64,000 nt of DNA, taken from assembly GCA_014360685.1 (NCBI GenBank), contig JACIXB010000016.1:124263-188262 (forward strand). The letters are read 5' to 3'. This DNA comes from Actinomycetota bacterium. Its GTDB lineage: Bacteria > Actinomycetota > Geothermincolia > Geothermincolales > RBG-13-55-18. A program made the translations under genes and the position numbers. The notes beneath the pieces are model-generated. The model made no database searches and was not told the DNA's origin. It worked only from the letters and a program-made list of their open reading frames with translations. Below, in pieces: positions 49,675-59,356 of the stretch; within the stretch, counting starts at the first letter, position 1; every line of letters begins with the position of its first letter.

Positions 49675-51129
49675 ATGAGAGCGGAATACAAGACCAAGGT
49701 GGTGGCCACCGTGGGACCGGCCTGCCGGGACCCGGAGACCTTGGCGCGCATGGCGCTGGCGGGGATGGATGCGGCGCGCCTGAACGCCTCCCATGCCGAC
49801 CACGAGGTCCTGAGGGAAGAGGTCCAGGCGGTGAGGAAGGCCTCGCGCGCCTCGGGAAAGGAGATCGCCATCCTCCTTGACCTCCAGGGTCCCAAGTTAC
49901 GCATAGGGGATTTCGGGAAGGGTTCCGTTGACCTCCGGGAAGGTGGGACCTTCCGCCTAACCACTCGTAACCTGCCGGGTGATAAAGAGGTCGTGAGCGT
50001 AAGCTATCCCTGGCTTCCCGCGGCCCTTGGGCCGGGAGACGTGGTTCTCCTCGACGATGGGGCCATCGCCCTTCAGGTGGAGGAGTCGAAGGGGGACGAG
50101 GTGGTCTGCCGTGTGCTCAAGGGAGGCAAGCTCTCCTCGCGCAAGGGGATGAACCTTCCGGGGGTGGAGGTCCCGCTCCCCTCCCTTACCGGGAAGGACC
50201 TGGAGGACCTGCGCTTGGGCCTGGAGCTGGAAGTGGACTGGGTGGCCCTGTCTTTCGTGCGTTCCGCGGCGGACGTGGTAGATCTGCGTAAAGCGCTGAG
50301 GGAGATGGGCGGGGAACTCCCCGTGGTGGCCAAGATCGAGAAGAGGGAGGCGGTGGACAACCTGGAGGAGATAGTGGAGAGCGCCGACGCGGTGATGGTG
50401 GCCCGCGGGGACTTGGGGGTGGAGATGCCCCTGGAGGACATCCCCCTGCTCCAGAAGCGCATCATCAAGACGGCGGCACGGCACGGCAAACCCTCCATAA
50501 CCGCGACCCAGATGCTCCAGAGCATGATGGAATATCCCACCCCTACCCGGGCGGAGGTCACCGACGTGGCCAACGCGGTCTTCGACGGCACGGACGCGGT
50601 GATGCTGTCCGGGGAGACTGCGGTGGGGCGCTATCCCCTGCAGGCGGTGGAGACCATGAGGCGCATCGTGGGAAAAGCGGAGGAAGAGCTACCCTACGCG
50701 GCGTGGCTTCACGAGCGGCAAGGCTGGATCGGCTCCGGTACGGTGGAGGCGGTATGCATGGCCGCCTGCGAGCTGGCCCTGCAGGTGGACGCCGCGGTCA
50801 TAGTGGCTCCCACGGAATCCGGCTTCACCGCCCGGCAGATGAGCCGTTTCCGTCCCCGCCAACCTATCCTCGCTCCCACCCCCGACATCCGGGTAGCCCG
50901 GCGCCTGGCGCTCTACTGGGGCGTGCAACCCCGCCTCCTGGAGGTTCGGGGCGGGGCGGAGGAGACCTTCGCGGCGGCGCGGGACCTGGCCCGCGCCGAG
51001 GGATACGTGAGGCCCGGGGAACCGGTGGTCATTACTGCCGGACTTAAATACCGCGACACGGAGGGGCTGCCCACCACCAACACCATAAGTTGCTTCACCC
51101 GGGGGGACGATCCCCCCTCCAAGGATTGA
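49675..51129 (+). CDS. pyk: pyruvate kinase
   Basis: MRAEYKTKVVATVGPA...ARLNASH...MVARGDLGVE...ITATQMLESM-like...MLSGETA.G.YP. The ORF-track start at 49498 adds a non-homologous extension. Confidence 0.95.
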   Translation: MRAEYKTKVVATVGPACRDPETLARMALAGMDAARLNASHADHEVLREEVQAVRKASRASGKEIAILLDLQGPKLRIGDFGKGSVDLREGGTFRLTTRNLPGDKEVVSVSYPWLPAALGPGDVVLLDDGAIALQVEESKGDEVVCRVLKGGKLSSRKGMNLPGVEVPLPSLTGKDLEDLRLGLELEVDWVALSFVRSAADVVDLRKALREMGGELPVVAKIEKREAVDNLEEIVESADAVMVARGDLGVEMPLEDIPLLQKRIIKTAARHGKPSITATQMLQSMMEYPTPTRAEVTDVANAVFDGTDAVMLSGETAVGRYPLQAVETMRRIVGKAEEELPYAAWLHERQGWIGSGTVEAVCMAACELALQVDAAVIVAPTESGFTARQMSRFRPRQPILAPTPDIRVARRLALYWGVQPRLLEVRGGAEETFAAARDLARAEGYVRPGEPVVITAGLKYRDTEGLPTTNTISCFTRGDDPPSKD

Positions 51130-51515
51130 GGGCATCCGGCGCGTGGACGGTGCTCCCCGGTCGACCCTCTGTACCGGGAAAATGCCGGATATGGCCGGAA
51201 AGCCCGTCCGGTACCGGGGATGAATCGCAACCGCGCGTCCACGCTCTCGCCTCGCCGAAGGCGGAAAGAGCGCGCCGCAGTGCCGGCCGGGATTGTTGCT
51301 CCGTTTTGCATCCAGCCTTCCGGGTCGGAGGGAGGCGGGGGGCGGGCGCCGAGGCCGTGAATCGGGCGAATCCGACAGGGGCAGTTTTGCGCGACCTTGG
51401 CCTACGGCTTATCATTGTTCGCGGGAAAGGTCCATCACCGGCGCTTACAGGAAATGATTACCAATATTTTTTCCACCCCTCACCGGAGGCGGGTTGAACG
51501 GCAGGGAGGTGAGCC

Positions 51516-53159
51516 ATGATCTCCGAGGAGGCCTACCGGGAACTGGAAGAGATAGTGGGCCCCGAGAACGTGTCCCGGGAACCCGCGGTGCTGGAGGGTT
51601 ACGCCTGGCAGCCCTTCCTCAACGACGACCCCGAGTTGTGGATAAAAAGGCCGGTGGCGGCGGTGCTGCCGGGAAGCACGGAGGAGGTCCAGGAGGTGGT
51701 GCGGGCCTGCAACCGCCATGGCCTGAAGTTCAAGGCCCTCTCCACGGGATGGGGTGCCATAGGCGGTCCCAGCACCGAGGGAGTGGTCCAGGTGGATCTC
51801 CGGCGCATGGACCGCATCCTGGAAATCGACGAGAAGAACATGTATGCGGTGGTGGAACCCTACGTGTGCGGGGCCCAGCTCCAGGCGGAGGTGATGAAGC
51901 GGGGCTTGAACACCCACATAATCGGCGCCGGGCCATCCTGTTCTCCTTTGGCCAGCGCCACCTCCATGAGCGGGGTGGGTCATGACTGCATCTACATGAG
52001 CTACAGTGCCCGCAACGTGTTGGGGGTGGAATGGGTCCTCCCCGACGGGGAGGTGCTGAGGCTGGGGACCCCTGGTTCCGGCTTGGGCTGGTTCTCCGGG
52101 GACGGGCCCGGGCCTTCCCTGCGGGGCGTGATGCGCGGGGCCCTGGGGGCCCTTTCCGGATTGGGGATATTTACCAAGTGCGCAGTGAAGCTGTACAACT
52201 GGCCCGGGCCGCAGCGCATGGAGGCCGAGGGGCTGGTGCTCGACTCCCGGGTGGAAGCCCCTCCCAACCTGAGGTTCTACCTCCTGGTCTTCCCCGGCCC
52301 GCGGGAATTCGCCGATGCGCTCTACGAGATCGGGGAAGCGGAGATAGGTTACGCCGCCGTGCGCATCGCTGCCGTGGCTTACGTGGCCCTGATAATGCCC
52401 CATTCGGGTTTCAAGCTCCTGGAGACCAGGGCCCTCAGGTCCCTGCTCACCCGAACCCTGAAGTATCCACTCACCTTCGTCCTGGCCGGCGCTACCCCGG
52501 AGGAGACGGACTTTCAGGAGGCGGTGCTCAAGGAGATCGTGGACCGGCACCGCGGCATATTGGTGGACTTCCGCCTCTTGGGGCCCATGAGCCGTTTCAT
52601 GCCTCTGAACTTCCTGCGGGTGAGCATCATCCCCCTCGCTTTCCGGCCCGGGGGCATCTTCGGCACCTGCCTGGACGGAAACGAGGCGCTGGACACCCAG
52701 ATGAGGTGGGTGGACGTCATCTCGGAGGCCAAGAAGGAGTTCATAGAGAAGGGGGCCATCATGGACGACGAGGGGGATAACCCCTATTTCGTCCCCTACG
52801 AGAACAACACCTGGGCCCATTGCGAGATAACCTACGCCTACCGTGTGGACAACCCGGTCAGCCTGGAGAACCTCAATCCCATCGAATTCACCTCCACCCT
52901 CAACGCCATCGAGCAGTGCATGACCCCCCTCTCCGCGTTCCTCCCCCCGGTGCGCAAGGTGATGAGTCCCCTGGCCGGGCATTTCAACCGCTGGCAGAGG
53001 AGGATCTCCGAGGCCCTGGATCCCAACAAGGCGGCGGATACGGGTTTCTACACCCAGGAGAGCGACTTCGCCTACCAGCGTATCGACGAGGCCAAGAAGG
53101 AGAGGCTGCGGCGCCTGCAGGAAAAACTTACCTGGACGGAGGAAGGGCCGCCCTCCTGA
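51516..53159 (+). CDS. FAD-linked oxidase (FAD_binding_4 / PCMH-type) of unknown substrate
   Basis: The N-terminal ...PVAAVLPGSTEEVQEVVRACNRHGLKFKALSTGWG... and ...VDLRRMDRILEIDEKNMYAVVEPYVCGAQLQAEV... fit the FAD-binding domain. The C-terminal half is not recognisably a glycolate-oxidase cap. Confidence 0.75.
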   Translation: MISEEAYRELEEIVGPENVSREPAVLEGYAWQPFLNDDPELWIKRPVAAVLPGSTEEVQEVVRACNRHGLKFKALSTGWGAIGGPSTEGVVQVDLRRMDRILEIDEKNMYAVVEPYVCGAQLQAEVMKRGLNTHIIGAGPSCSPLASATSMSGVGHDCIYMSYSARNVLGVEWVLPDGEVLRLGTPGSGLGWFSGDGPGPSLRGVMRGALGALSGLGIFTKCAVKLYNWPGPQRMEAEGLVLDSRVEAPPNLRFYLLVFPGPREFADALYEIGEAEIGYAAVRIAAVAYVALIMPHSGFKLLETRALRSLLTRTLKYPLTFVLAGATPEETDFQEAVLKEIVDRHRGILVDFRLLGPMSRFMPLNFLRVSIIPLAFRPGGIFGTCLDGNEALDTQMRWVDVISEAKKEFIEKGAIMDDEGDNPYFVPYENNTWAHCEITYAYRVDNPVSLENLNPIEFTSTLNAIEQCMTPLSAFLPPVRKVMSPLAGHFNRWQRRISEALDPNKAADTGFYTQESDFAYQRIDEAKKERLRRLQEKLTWTEEGPPS

Positions 53160-53272
53160 AAACCCCCGTCCTACGCCATCCCCTCCGCTTCCGGGGAGGG
53201 TGCCGACCCACGGGTGATTTCCGGCAGGGAATGAAAAAGGCCGCCTTGCCCCGTAATTCCTGTAAATTAGAG

Positions 53273-53300
53273 TTGTAGTTTTATTTATATGATGTAAAAT
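53273..53300 (+). promoter_or_regulatory. candidate promoter TTGTAG-16 nt-TAAAAT in an AT-rich island
   Basis: -35 at 53273-53278 and -10 at 53295-53300, directly upstream of the ftsB-like gene. Confidence 0.45.
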
Positions 53301-53351
53301 AAAAACATAGTTGTTTCTTATAACTATTGTATAAAAATGAGGAGGAGCCCT

Positions 53352-54011
53352 GTGGCGTTAGAGAGGGCGGGAAGCAAGGGCCGCGGCGCCTATGGCGGGG
53401 CGCGGAAGGAAAACGGTGTCCTTGAACGGACCAGCGGGAAGCGGAGACGCCCACTTCCCGAGGCTATCCCTTCCGGGAAGCGCTCCCGCCTCGGCGGTGG
53501 CGGCGGGAGCCGGAGATCGCCGTCCGCGGATCGTGGCCAGCTGGAAGGTGGGGCGGCGAGGTCGCATGCCGCGGTGGGGAAAGGAGCCGCGGCGCGGAAG
53601 GCGGACCTCCGGGTGGTGAAGAGACGGGATGCGGTAAACGGGAGGGGGGAAGACGGGAGCCTGTCTCCCCCGGCGCGCAGGGAAAGGAAAAACCGTACCT
53701 CGCGAGGCCGTCGTGTCGTTGCCCTGCTGGGGCTTCTCCTGGCCCTGGCCCTGATGGCGGCCGTTCTCTACCGGCCGGTGACCCACTACCTGGAGAGCAG
53801 GAGGGAGTTGGCCCGTGCCGAGGCCCAGCTGGAAGCGGAGCGATCCCTGACCCGGGATCTGGAGGAGCGCAGGGATCGCGCCTCCAGCGAGGAGTACGTG
53901 GAGGGTGAGGCGCGCCGCATGGGTTACGTGAAACCCGGCGAGATCCCCCTCATCGTCTTCGACGACGTGGAGGAAGCGAGCGGGGAGGAGGAAGGGCAAG
54001 CGACCCCCTGA
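53352..54011 (+). CDS. ftsB: FtsB/DivIC-family septum formation initiator with a long basic N-terminal tail
   Basis: A TM helix plus coiled coil (VVALLGLLLALALMAAVLYRP...ESRRELARAEAQLEAERSLTRDLEERRD...YVEGEARRMGYVKPGEIPLIV). GTG 53352 lies 6 nt after AGGAGG. The ORF-track ATG 53337 has no Shine-Dalgarno. Confidence 0.75.
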   Translation: MALERAGSKGRGAYGGARKENGVLERTSGKRRRPLPEAIPSGKRSRLGGGGGSRRSPSADRGQLEGGAARSHAAVGKGAAARKADLRVVKRRDAVNGRGEDGSLSPPARRERKNRTSRGRRVVALLGLLLALALMAAVLYRPVTHYLESRRELARAEAQLEAERSLTRDLEERRDRASSEEYVEGEARRMGYVKPGEIPLIVFDDVEEASGEEEGQATP

Positions 54012-54149
54012 GCCGCATGGGCGCCCGCCTTCCCGGTACCCATCCCCTCCCTGGGGCCACGGGTGGGGCTCCGGCCCTGCCATGCAACGGATGTCGCTTT
54101 CTCCCCCCGTGGCGCGGGAGAAACCACATCGCCGTATCCTTCCTCGCCC

Positions 54150-54959
54150 TCACCCAGGGAAGAGGACCCGGATCCCCTGGAGCCGGTAGGGGATCCCCGC
54201 CCCTCCACCACCGCCGGGGCTTCCCTGGCGTTGAGGATCCCCCGAGCCCTCATCGCCGGATGGTTGCCGCCCTTCCCCATGACAGCCGTTTTCTCCCTCC
54301 ATGCCGCACCGCATCCGAACGCGCATCATCCTCCCATGACATTCCGCGTAGGCTTCCTCCAGGATGGGACGGCTCGCTTCCGGGGCTCCGGCGAGGACCT
54401 CCTCCAGGAACTCGGCCTGTTCGCTCAAGGTGCTCTCGAAACCCAGGAACAGGTCTCGGGATTCGCTTTCCGGCAGGGTCTCCAGGAGCAGCTCCGCGCG
54501 GGAGAGGTTGCGGCGATATTCCCTGAGCCACCTTTCCCAATCCCGGGAATCCCCGGGCTCCAGCATTCCCCGCAGCTCTTCCACGCGGCGCTCGCAGTAT
54601 TTCATCTCCAAAACGGCGTCTGAGGAGGGCGAGGCGGTGAAGGCCAGGCGGGCCCTCTCGAAGAATATCTTGCTGCCGTAAAGGGCGGAGCCGGGAAGGG
54701 CGTTGGCGGATGCCGCGTAGAGGCCGGAGGTGCCGCCGGTCAACAGGAGGAGGGCTAGCAGGGGCACGGCCACCACGCGGCGCATGCGGGCCGGGTGGCG
54801 CAGGTACCTCCGCTCCCCCTTTTCCCCTGAAGCTCTGGAGGCGCGGGCGGTTATCCTCTGCAGCCCGAATTCGCGCAGGTTTTGTGGGGCGGGCGGGGAC
54901 TGTATCCCTCGCAGGATTTCCTCGGCCCTCCTTGCCTTCTCCCTGGTCCTTTCGAACAT
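54150..54959 (-). CDS. putative anti-sigma factor, single-pass, DUF5667-like extracytoplasmic domain
   Basis: A TM helix (VVAVPLLALLLLTGGTSGLYAA) followed by LPGSALYGSKIFFERARLAF... and helical repeats. It lies downstream of the ECF sigma on the same strand. Confidence 0.6.
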   Translation of the reverse strand: MFERTREKARRAEEILRGIQSPPAPQNLREFGLQRITARASRASGEKGERRYLRHPARMRRVVAVPLLALLLLTGGTSGLYAASANALPGSALYGSKIFFERARLAFTASPSSDAVLEMKYCERRVEELRGMLEPGDSRDWERWLREYRRNLSRAELLLETLPESESRDLFLGFESTLSEQAEFLEEVLAGAPEASRPILEEAYAECHGRMMRVRMRCGMEGENGCHGEGRQPSGDEGSGDPQRQGSPGGGGGAGIPYRLQGIRVLFPG

Positions 54960-55183
54960 GTCCTCAGACCTCCCGACCGGCCGCCCCCCGGTACGGCGGC
55001 GCGTGGCGTTGCCCCTTTGTCCCCCAAAGCTCGGCTTCGGAATTTCGGCCGTTCAGGCAGCGGGCAGCCGGCGCCGAGGAAAAGGGTCACGGATCACCCA
55101 CGTGACCCACGCATGGCTTTCCCACGCGCCCCTTGTTTGACGCGTGGCGGCCCTTCCCTCCCGAAGCCCCCCCGGAGCCCTTC

Positions 55184-55744
55184 TCATTCCCTCCACCCCC
55201 GTCTTTCCAGTATGTCACCCAGCTTGCGCAGGGCGCGGTGCTGGATGGCGTTTACCGCTCCTTCGCTCTTTCCCAAAGCCGCAGCCACCTCGACATTGCT
55301 CATCCCGGAGAAGTATTTCATGATCACCACCTGCCTCTGGGTAGCGGGCAGTTCGCGTAGGGCTTCGCGCACCGCGCGCCGTCTCTCCTCCTCCTCGAGA
55401 GCTTCCGCCACCGGGGGTTGCCCCGGGTCCCGACGCGCCGCGTCCTTCCTCTCCCTCCGGGCGGATTTTCTGAGGTGGTCCACCAGCATGTTGCGGGCTA
55501 TTCGGAACACCCAGGCCCGAAAGGGCGCCTTGCGGGGATCGTAATCCCCGATGTGTGCCAGACACCTGGTGAATACCTCCTCGGTGAGGTCTTCCGCCTC
55601 CTCCCTGAGGGCCAGGTTCCAGAAGAAATACCTGTAGAGCGGGTCCAGGAGGGCCCGGTAGATGGCTCCGAAGGCCTCCAGGTCTCCATCCGCCGTCCTG
55701 CGGGCCAACTCTTCCAGGGATTCCAAGCCCTCTTCCTTTCCCAT
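55184..55744 (-). CDS. ECF-type RNA polymerase sigma factor
   Basis: Region 2 (...FGAIYRALLDPLYRYFF...AEDLTEEVFTRCLAHIGDYDPRKAPFRAWVFRIARNMLVDHLRK) and region 4 (LPATQRQVVIMKYFSGMSNVEVAAALGKSEGAVNAIQHRALRKL). ATG 55744 is preferred over the ORF-track 55843. Confidence 0.85.
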   Translation of the reverse strand: MGKEEGLESLEELARRTADGDLEAFGAIYRALLDPLYRYFFWNLALREEAEDLTEEVFTRCLAHIGDYDPRKAPFRAWVFRIARNMLVDHLRKSARRERKDAARRDPGQPPVAEALEEEERRRAVREALRELPATQRQVVIMKYFSGMSNVEVAAALGKSEGAVNAIQHRALRKLGDILERRGWRE

Positions 55745-55766
55745 AGTGAATACGTCTACGCCGTGG

Positions 55767-55772
55767 ATTATA
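55767..55772 (-). promoter_or_regulatory. candidate -10 TATAAT (minus strand) 22 nt upstream of the sigma-factor ATG
   Basis: Plus-strand attata at 55767-55772. There is no clear -35 and no ECF-type GGAAC...CGT pair at proper spacing. Confidence 0.3.
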
Positions 55773-56102
55773 TACGCCGAGCCGCCCGTGCGGTTATACG
55801 GGGAGACCGGACCGCGTGCGGCTCGGAGCGGGAGAGTGGGCAAGCGGGATGGTTACGGAAAGAAACGGGGTCCATTCGTTCCGTTCTTGTAGGCGAAAAC
55901 ATCCCTGCGGCGGTTGCCCGGGTTTCCGCGGAGGTAAACCCAGGCGCGGGTTTGATTGACAAGGGCTAGAACCCCGGAAATTCGGAGAAGGCGGGTTCCG
56001 GGTGTCATTACCTGGGCCGGACGTCTGGTGGCCGGGACGGATCGCGTATATTTCCGCCTCCGGGGGCGTATTAGGGGTTGAAGAGCGAAAGGAGGTGAGA
56101 AG

Positions 56103-56615
56103 ATGAAGGGAAAGGTCGTTTTCATCGCCGTGCTCCTGGCCGTGGCCGCGGTGGTGACCGCCGGGGCGGCGGTAGCCGCTTCCGCCGGCGAAGGCAAGTC
56201 GGGGTCCGGATGTGGAGGGACGGCCGTGAAAGCCGGACTGCTCTCCGGGACCCGGGCGGGGGAAGCGGAAGGGCAGGCCGTCCGCAACGGGAGCGAGGAG
56301 AACAGGATCCGCGCCGAGCATTGCCTCGAGGAGATGAACGGGGAGTGCTCCGGACGGTGCGAAGGGGCCAAGGAGCGGCTGCGCCAGAGGGCCGAGGACG
56401 GCTCCTGTGCCGAAGGCTCCCGCGAGGGAGATTGCCCTGCCGCCGGGGAGTGCCCGGATTACGGAAAAGGCGCTCCGGAGGATGCGGGGAGCTCCGTTAA
56501 CGGTGCCGGGTACTCCCATGCCGGCTCCCCGCCGGGCATGCAGGGCGAGGGTAAGGGAGATTGCGACATGGAACGCGATCGCCTGCGCACGCGTGACCGG
56601 GAGTGCTCCGGGTGA
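56103..56615 (+). CDS. secreted Cys-rich Glu/Gly/Arg-rich hypothetical protein
   Basis: AAAGGAGGTGAGAAG precedes the ATG. A signal peptide (MKGKVVFIAVLLAVAAVVTAGAAVAASA) is followed by 10 Cys in CxxxC-like clusters. It is divergent from the ECF sigma gene. Confidence 0.55.
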   Translation: MKGKVVFIAVLLAVAAVVTAGAAVAASAGEGKSGSGCGGTAVKAGLLSGTRAGEAEGQAVRNGSEENRIRAEHCLEEMNGECSGRCEGAKERLRQRAEDGSCAEGSREGDCPAAGECPDYGKGAPEDAGSSVNGAGYSHAGSPPGMQGEGKGDCDMERDRLRTRDRECSG

Positions 56616-56914
56616 GCATCCGAGGGCCGCTGCCCCGGGGATGGATGCGAGGGTGAGGTCGTCGACCCGGAAGCCGATTCACAGGTGAGGGCACAGAGTC
56701 CTCTTCCGGGGCGGTCGCGCCTTCGGACCGGGGAGACGAGGATAACCCCCCTCGCCGCGGGCGGCGGGATCGGTGAAAGAGGAAGAGGGCCCCGCGCCGG
56801 TTCCGGGCTGCGGGGCCTTGTCCTGGAAAGAAAAGGGAATGCGTTCTTACCCGGTTGCGCCGATCGATATCCCTGTCCGGTCTGCCCGTCCCGGCCGTGC
56901 GCGTCGCCGCATTA

Positions 56915-56923
56915 TGTTAAAAT
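56915..56923 (+). promoter_or_regulatory. candidate extended -10 promoter TGTTAAAAT
   Basis: TG-T-TAAAAT, 80 nt upstream of ATG 57003. Confidence 0.4.
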
Positions 56924-57002
56924 CTTCTTGCTCTTCGGCCATTTAGTCGGGGGGTCATCCGGGGCGCCGCCAAGGGAGGGAGTCGGGAAAGGAGGGAGGC
57001 TC

Positions 57003-57449
57003 ATGATCGACCACAAGTGGATCGGCAAGACCTACGGCCCCATCAAGTACGAGATCGGGCGGGAAAAGATGCGCGAGTACGCCGCCGCCGCCAAGGACCA
57101 CCGCCCTATCTTCCACGACGAGGAATTCGCCAAGCAGACCAAGTATGGGGACATCATCGCCATGCCCAACTTCGCCGCCGTGTACGCCCTGCGCGGCGCG
57201 GGGATGATGCTCCTGGACCAGGAGATCAAGCTCAACCTGGCCATGCTGGTGCACGGGGCCCAGGAGTTCGAGTGGTTCACGGTGGTCAAGCCCAACGACG
57301 TGATCACGGAGACGGGCAAGGTGGCCGACATCTACGAGAAGGGGAACCTGGACTTCATCGTCTACGAGGGAGAAGCGCGCAACCAGGAGGGGGAGCTGGT
57401 GTGCCGAGCCCGGGCCACCTTCATCATAAGGGGAGGTGGGGCGCAATGA
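57003..57449 (+). CDS. hot-dog fold protein, MaoC N-terminal / HadA-like dehydratase subunit
   Basis: 148 aa. ...GKTYGPIKYEIGREKMREYAAAAKD... parallels mycobacterial HadA (...YEVEREKIREYA...). The ORF-track start at 56685 is a non-homologous extension. Confidence 0.7.
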   Translation: MIDHKWIGKTYGPIKYEIGREKMREYAAAAKDHRPIFHDEEFAKQTKYGDIIAMPNFAAVYALRGAGMMLLDQEIKLNLAMLVHGAQEFEWFTVVKPNDVITETGKVADIYEKGNLDFIVYEGEARNQEGELVCRARATFIIRGGGAQ

Positions 57450-57871
57450 TCGAGCTCTGCGACATCAAGTACGACGACGTGCAGGTGGGGCAGGAAATTC
57501 CCAGTTTTTCCCACAAATTCGACCGCATGGACGCCATCGTCTACGCCGGGGCCAGCGGGGATTTCAATCCCATACATACCAATCCCTACTTCGCCAAGGA
57601 AGTGGCCATGCTCCCCGACGTTATCGCCCACGGCCTGTTCAACATGGCCCTGCTGGGCAAAACGGTCATGGATTGGATAGGGGACCCTGGGTACCTCAAA
57701 AAGCTCTCCTGCCAGTTCCGGGGAATGGTCATCCCCGGGGACACGGTGATCTTCAAGGGCCGGGTGCGCGAGAAGCTGGAGGGCAACCTGGTGGTCCTCG
57801 ACGTGTGGGCGGAGAAGGAGGACGGGAGCGAGGTCCTCAAGGGCGGCGAAGCCGTGGTCTGGCTCCCCTGA
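57446..57871 (+). CDS. MaoC-like (R)-specific hydratase/dehydratase, HadB-like catalytic subunit
   Basis: 141 aa. ...YAGASGDFNPIHTNPYFAKEV...VIAHGLFNMALLGK... is the hydratase motif. There is an ATGA start/stop overlap with the preceding gene. Confidence 0.8.
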   Translation: MIELCDIKYDDVQVGQEIPSFSHKFDRMDAIVYAGASGDFNPIHTNPYFAKEVAMLPDVIAHGLFNMALLGKTVMDWIGDPGYLKKLSCQFRGMVIPGDTVIFKGRVREKLEGNLVVLDVWAEKEDGSEVLKGGEAVVWLP

Positions 57872-57998
57872 GGGCGAGGGGGAGAGACGACCGCCCGACG
57901 CGTGCCTGTAACGCCGCGGTTTGGATGAGCGCGCGGGCCAAGGGATGTCGGGCGGCGGTGAAAAGCCGCGCGATGCTTGAGCGGGACGCGGGCAAGAA

Positions 57999-58032
57999 GG
58001 GCGAAGGGCGCGGTGTGCCGCGCCCTTCGCCC
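57999..58032. terminator. 15-bp perfect inverted repeat between convergent genes (candidate bidirectional terminator)
   Basis: GGGCGAAGGGCGCGG-tgtg-CCGCGCCCTTCGCCC. On the minus strand it is followed by TTCTTG. It lies between the HadB-like stop (57871) and the acyl-CoA dehydrogenase stop (58202). Confidence 0.6.
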
Positions 58033-58201
58033 CGTCAGCCCAAAGAAGCGGGAGTTCGTCTGACCCGGTAGCCGTTCCCTCCCCACGAGACGGTTCAAGC
58101 GGACCGAACGACCCGACTATCCATCGGAGTGCGGGACACGCCGGTCCCCTCCACCCGCCTCGCCGGCCACAGCCCGGAGGAGGTGGGGTTCCGCTCCCTA
58201 C

Positions 58202-59356
58202 TCAGGCGTAGAGCCCCAGGGTGGTGGCGATGATCTCCCGCATGATCTCGTCGGTACCGCCGCCGATGCGCCCCAGGCGGGCGTCCCTCCAGGCCCGCTG
58301 CACGGGGTATTCCATCATGTAGCCGTAGCCCCCCATGAACTGCAGGGCCTCGTCGGCCACCTCGAAGGCCACCTGGGCGGCCATCAGCTTGGCCATGGAG
58401 ATCTCCTTCACCGGGTATTCACCGTGATCGTACTTCCAGGCACATATGTACACCAGGGACTGGGCGGCCTCGATCTTGGTGGCCAGGTCGGCGATGCGGT
58501 GGGCGATGGCCTGGTTCTTGCAGATGGGCTTCCCGAACTGCACCCTCTCCTTGGTGTACTCGATGACTCCCTCCAGGGTCAGGCGGGCTCCCCCTATGGC
58601 CGCCGCGGCGCCGATGAGCCTCTCGCCCTGCAGCTCCCACATGATATTGTAGAAGCCGCGCCCCTCCTCCCCCAGGAGGGCGTCCTCGGGGATGAACATG
58701 TCCTCGAAGAAGATCTCCGCCGTGTCCGAGGCCCGCATGCCCACCTTGTCCAGCTTGCGGTTGACCACGAAGCCCGGGGTGTCCGTGTCCACCAGGAAGA
58801 CGCTCATGCCCTTGTAGCCCTTGGTCTTCTCCGTGCGGGCCAGGAGGGTCATGAAGTGGGCGCGGGCCCCGTTGGTGATGAAGATCTTGTTCCCGTTGAC
58901 CTTCCAGCCCCCGGGGACCTTCTCGGCGTAGGTCTGGATGCTGGCCACGTCGGAACCGGCGTTGGGCTCGGTGATGCCCAGGCAGGCGATCTTCTCCCCC
59001 TTGATGGCCGGCACCAGGTACTTCTGCTTCTGTTCCTCGGTGCCGAAGGCCAGGATGGGTGGGGTGGCCATGCCCACCTGCACGGCTATGGCCATGTTCA
59101 CGCTGCCGCTTCCGGAGCGGGCCAGCTCCTCGGCCAGGACGATGTTGCAGAAATAGTCGCCCCCGCCGCCCCCGTATTCCTCCGGGTAGTGGAGTCCCAG
59201 GTAACCCAGCTCGCCCATGCGGGTGAACACCCAGTCGGGGAAGCCGCCCTGCTCCTCCCACTCCTCGGCGTGGGGGGCCAGTTCCTTCTCGGCGAACTCC
59301 CGGATGCTCTTGCGCAGCATCTCGTGTTCCTCGGTGAAAAAAAGCCCTACCGTCAT
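58202..59356 (-). CDS. acyl-CoA dehydrogenase
   Basis: 384 aa full-length ACAD: ...GITEPNAGSDVAS...KIFITNG...GFYNIMWELQGERL...QFGKPI...QFMGGYGYM.EYPVQR.WRDARL..IGGGT.EI... Confidence 0.95.
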   Translation of the reverse strand: MTVGLFFTEEHEMLRKSIREFAEKELAPHAEEWEEQGGFPDWVFTRMGELGYLGLHYPEEYGGGGGDYFCNIVLAEELARSGSGSVNMAIAVQVGMATPPILAFGTEEQKQKYLVPAIKGEKIACLGITEPNAGSDVASIQTYAEKVPGGWKVNGNKIFITNGARAHFMTLLARTEKTKGYKGMSVFLVDTDTPGFVVNRKLDKVGMRASDTAEIFFEDMFIPEDALLGEEGRGFYNIMWELQGERLIGAAAAIGGARLTLEGVIEYTKERVQFGKPICKNQAIAHRIADLATKIEAAQSLVYICAWKYDHGEYPVKEISMAKLMAAQVAFEVADEALQFMGGYGYMMEYPVQRAWRDARLGRIGGGTDEIMREIIATTLGLYA

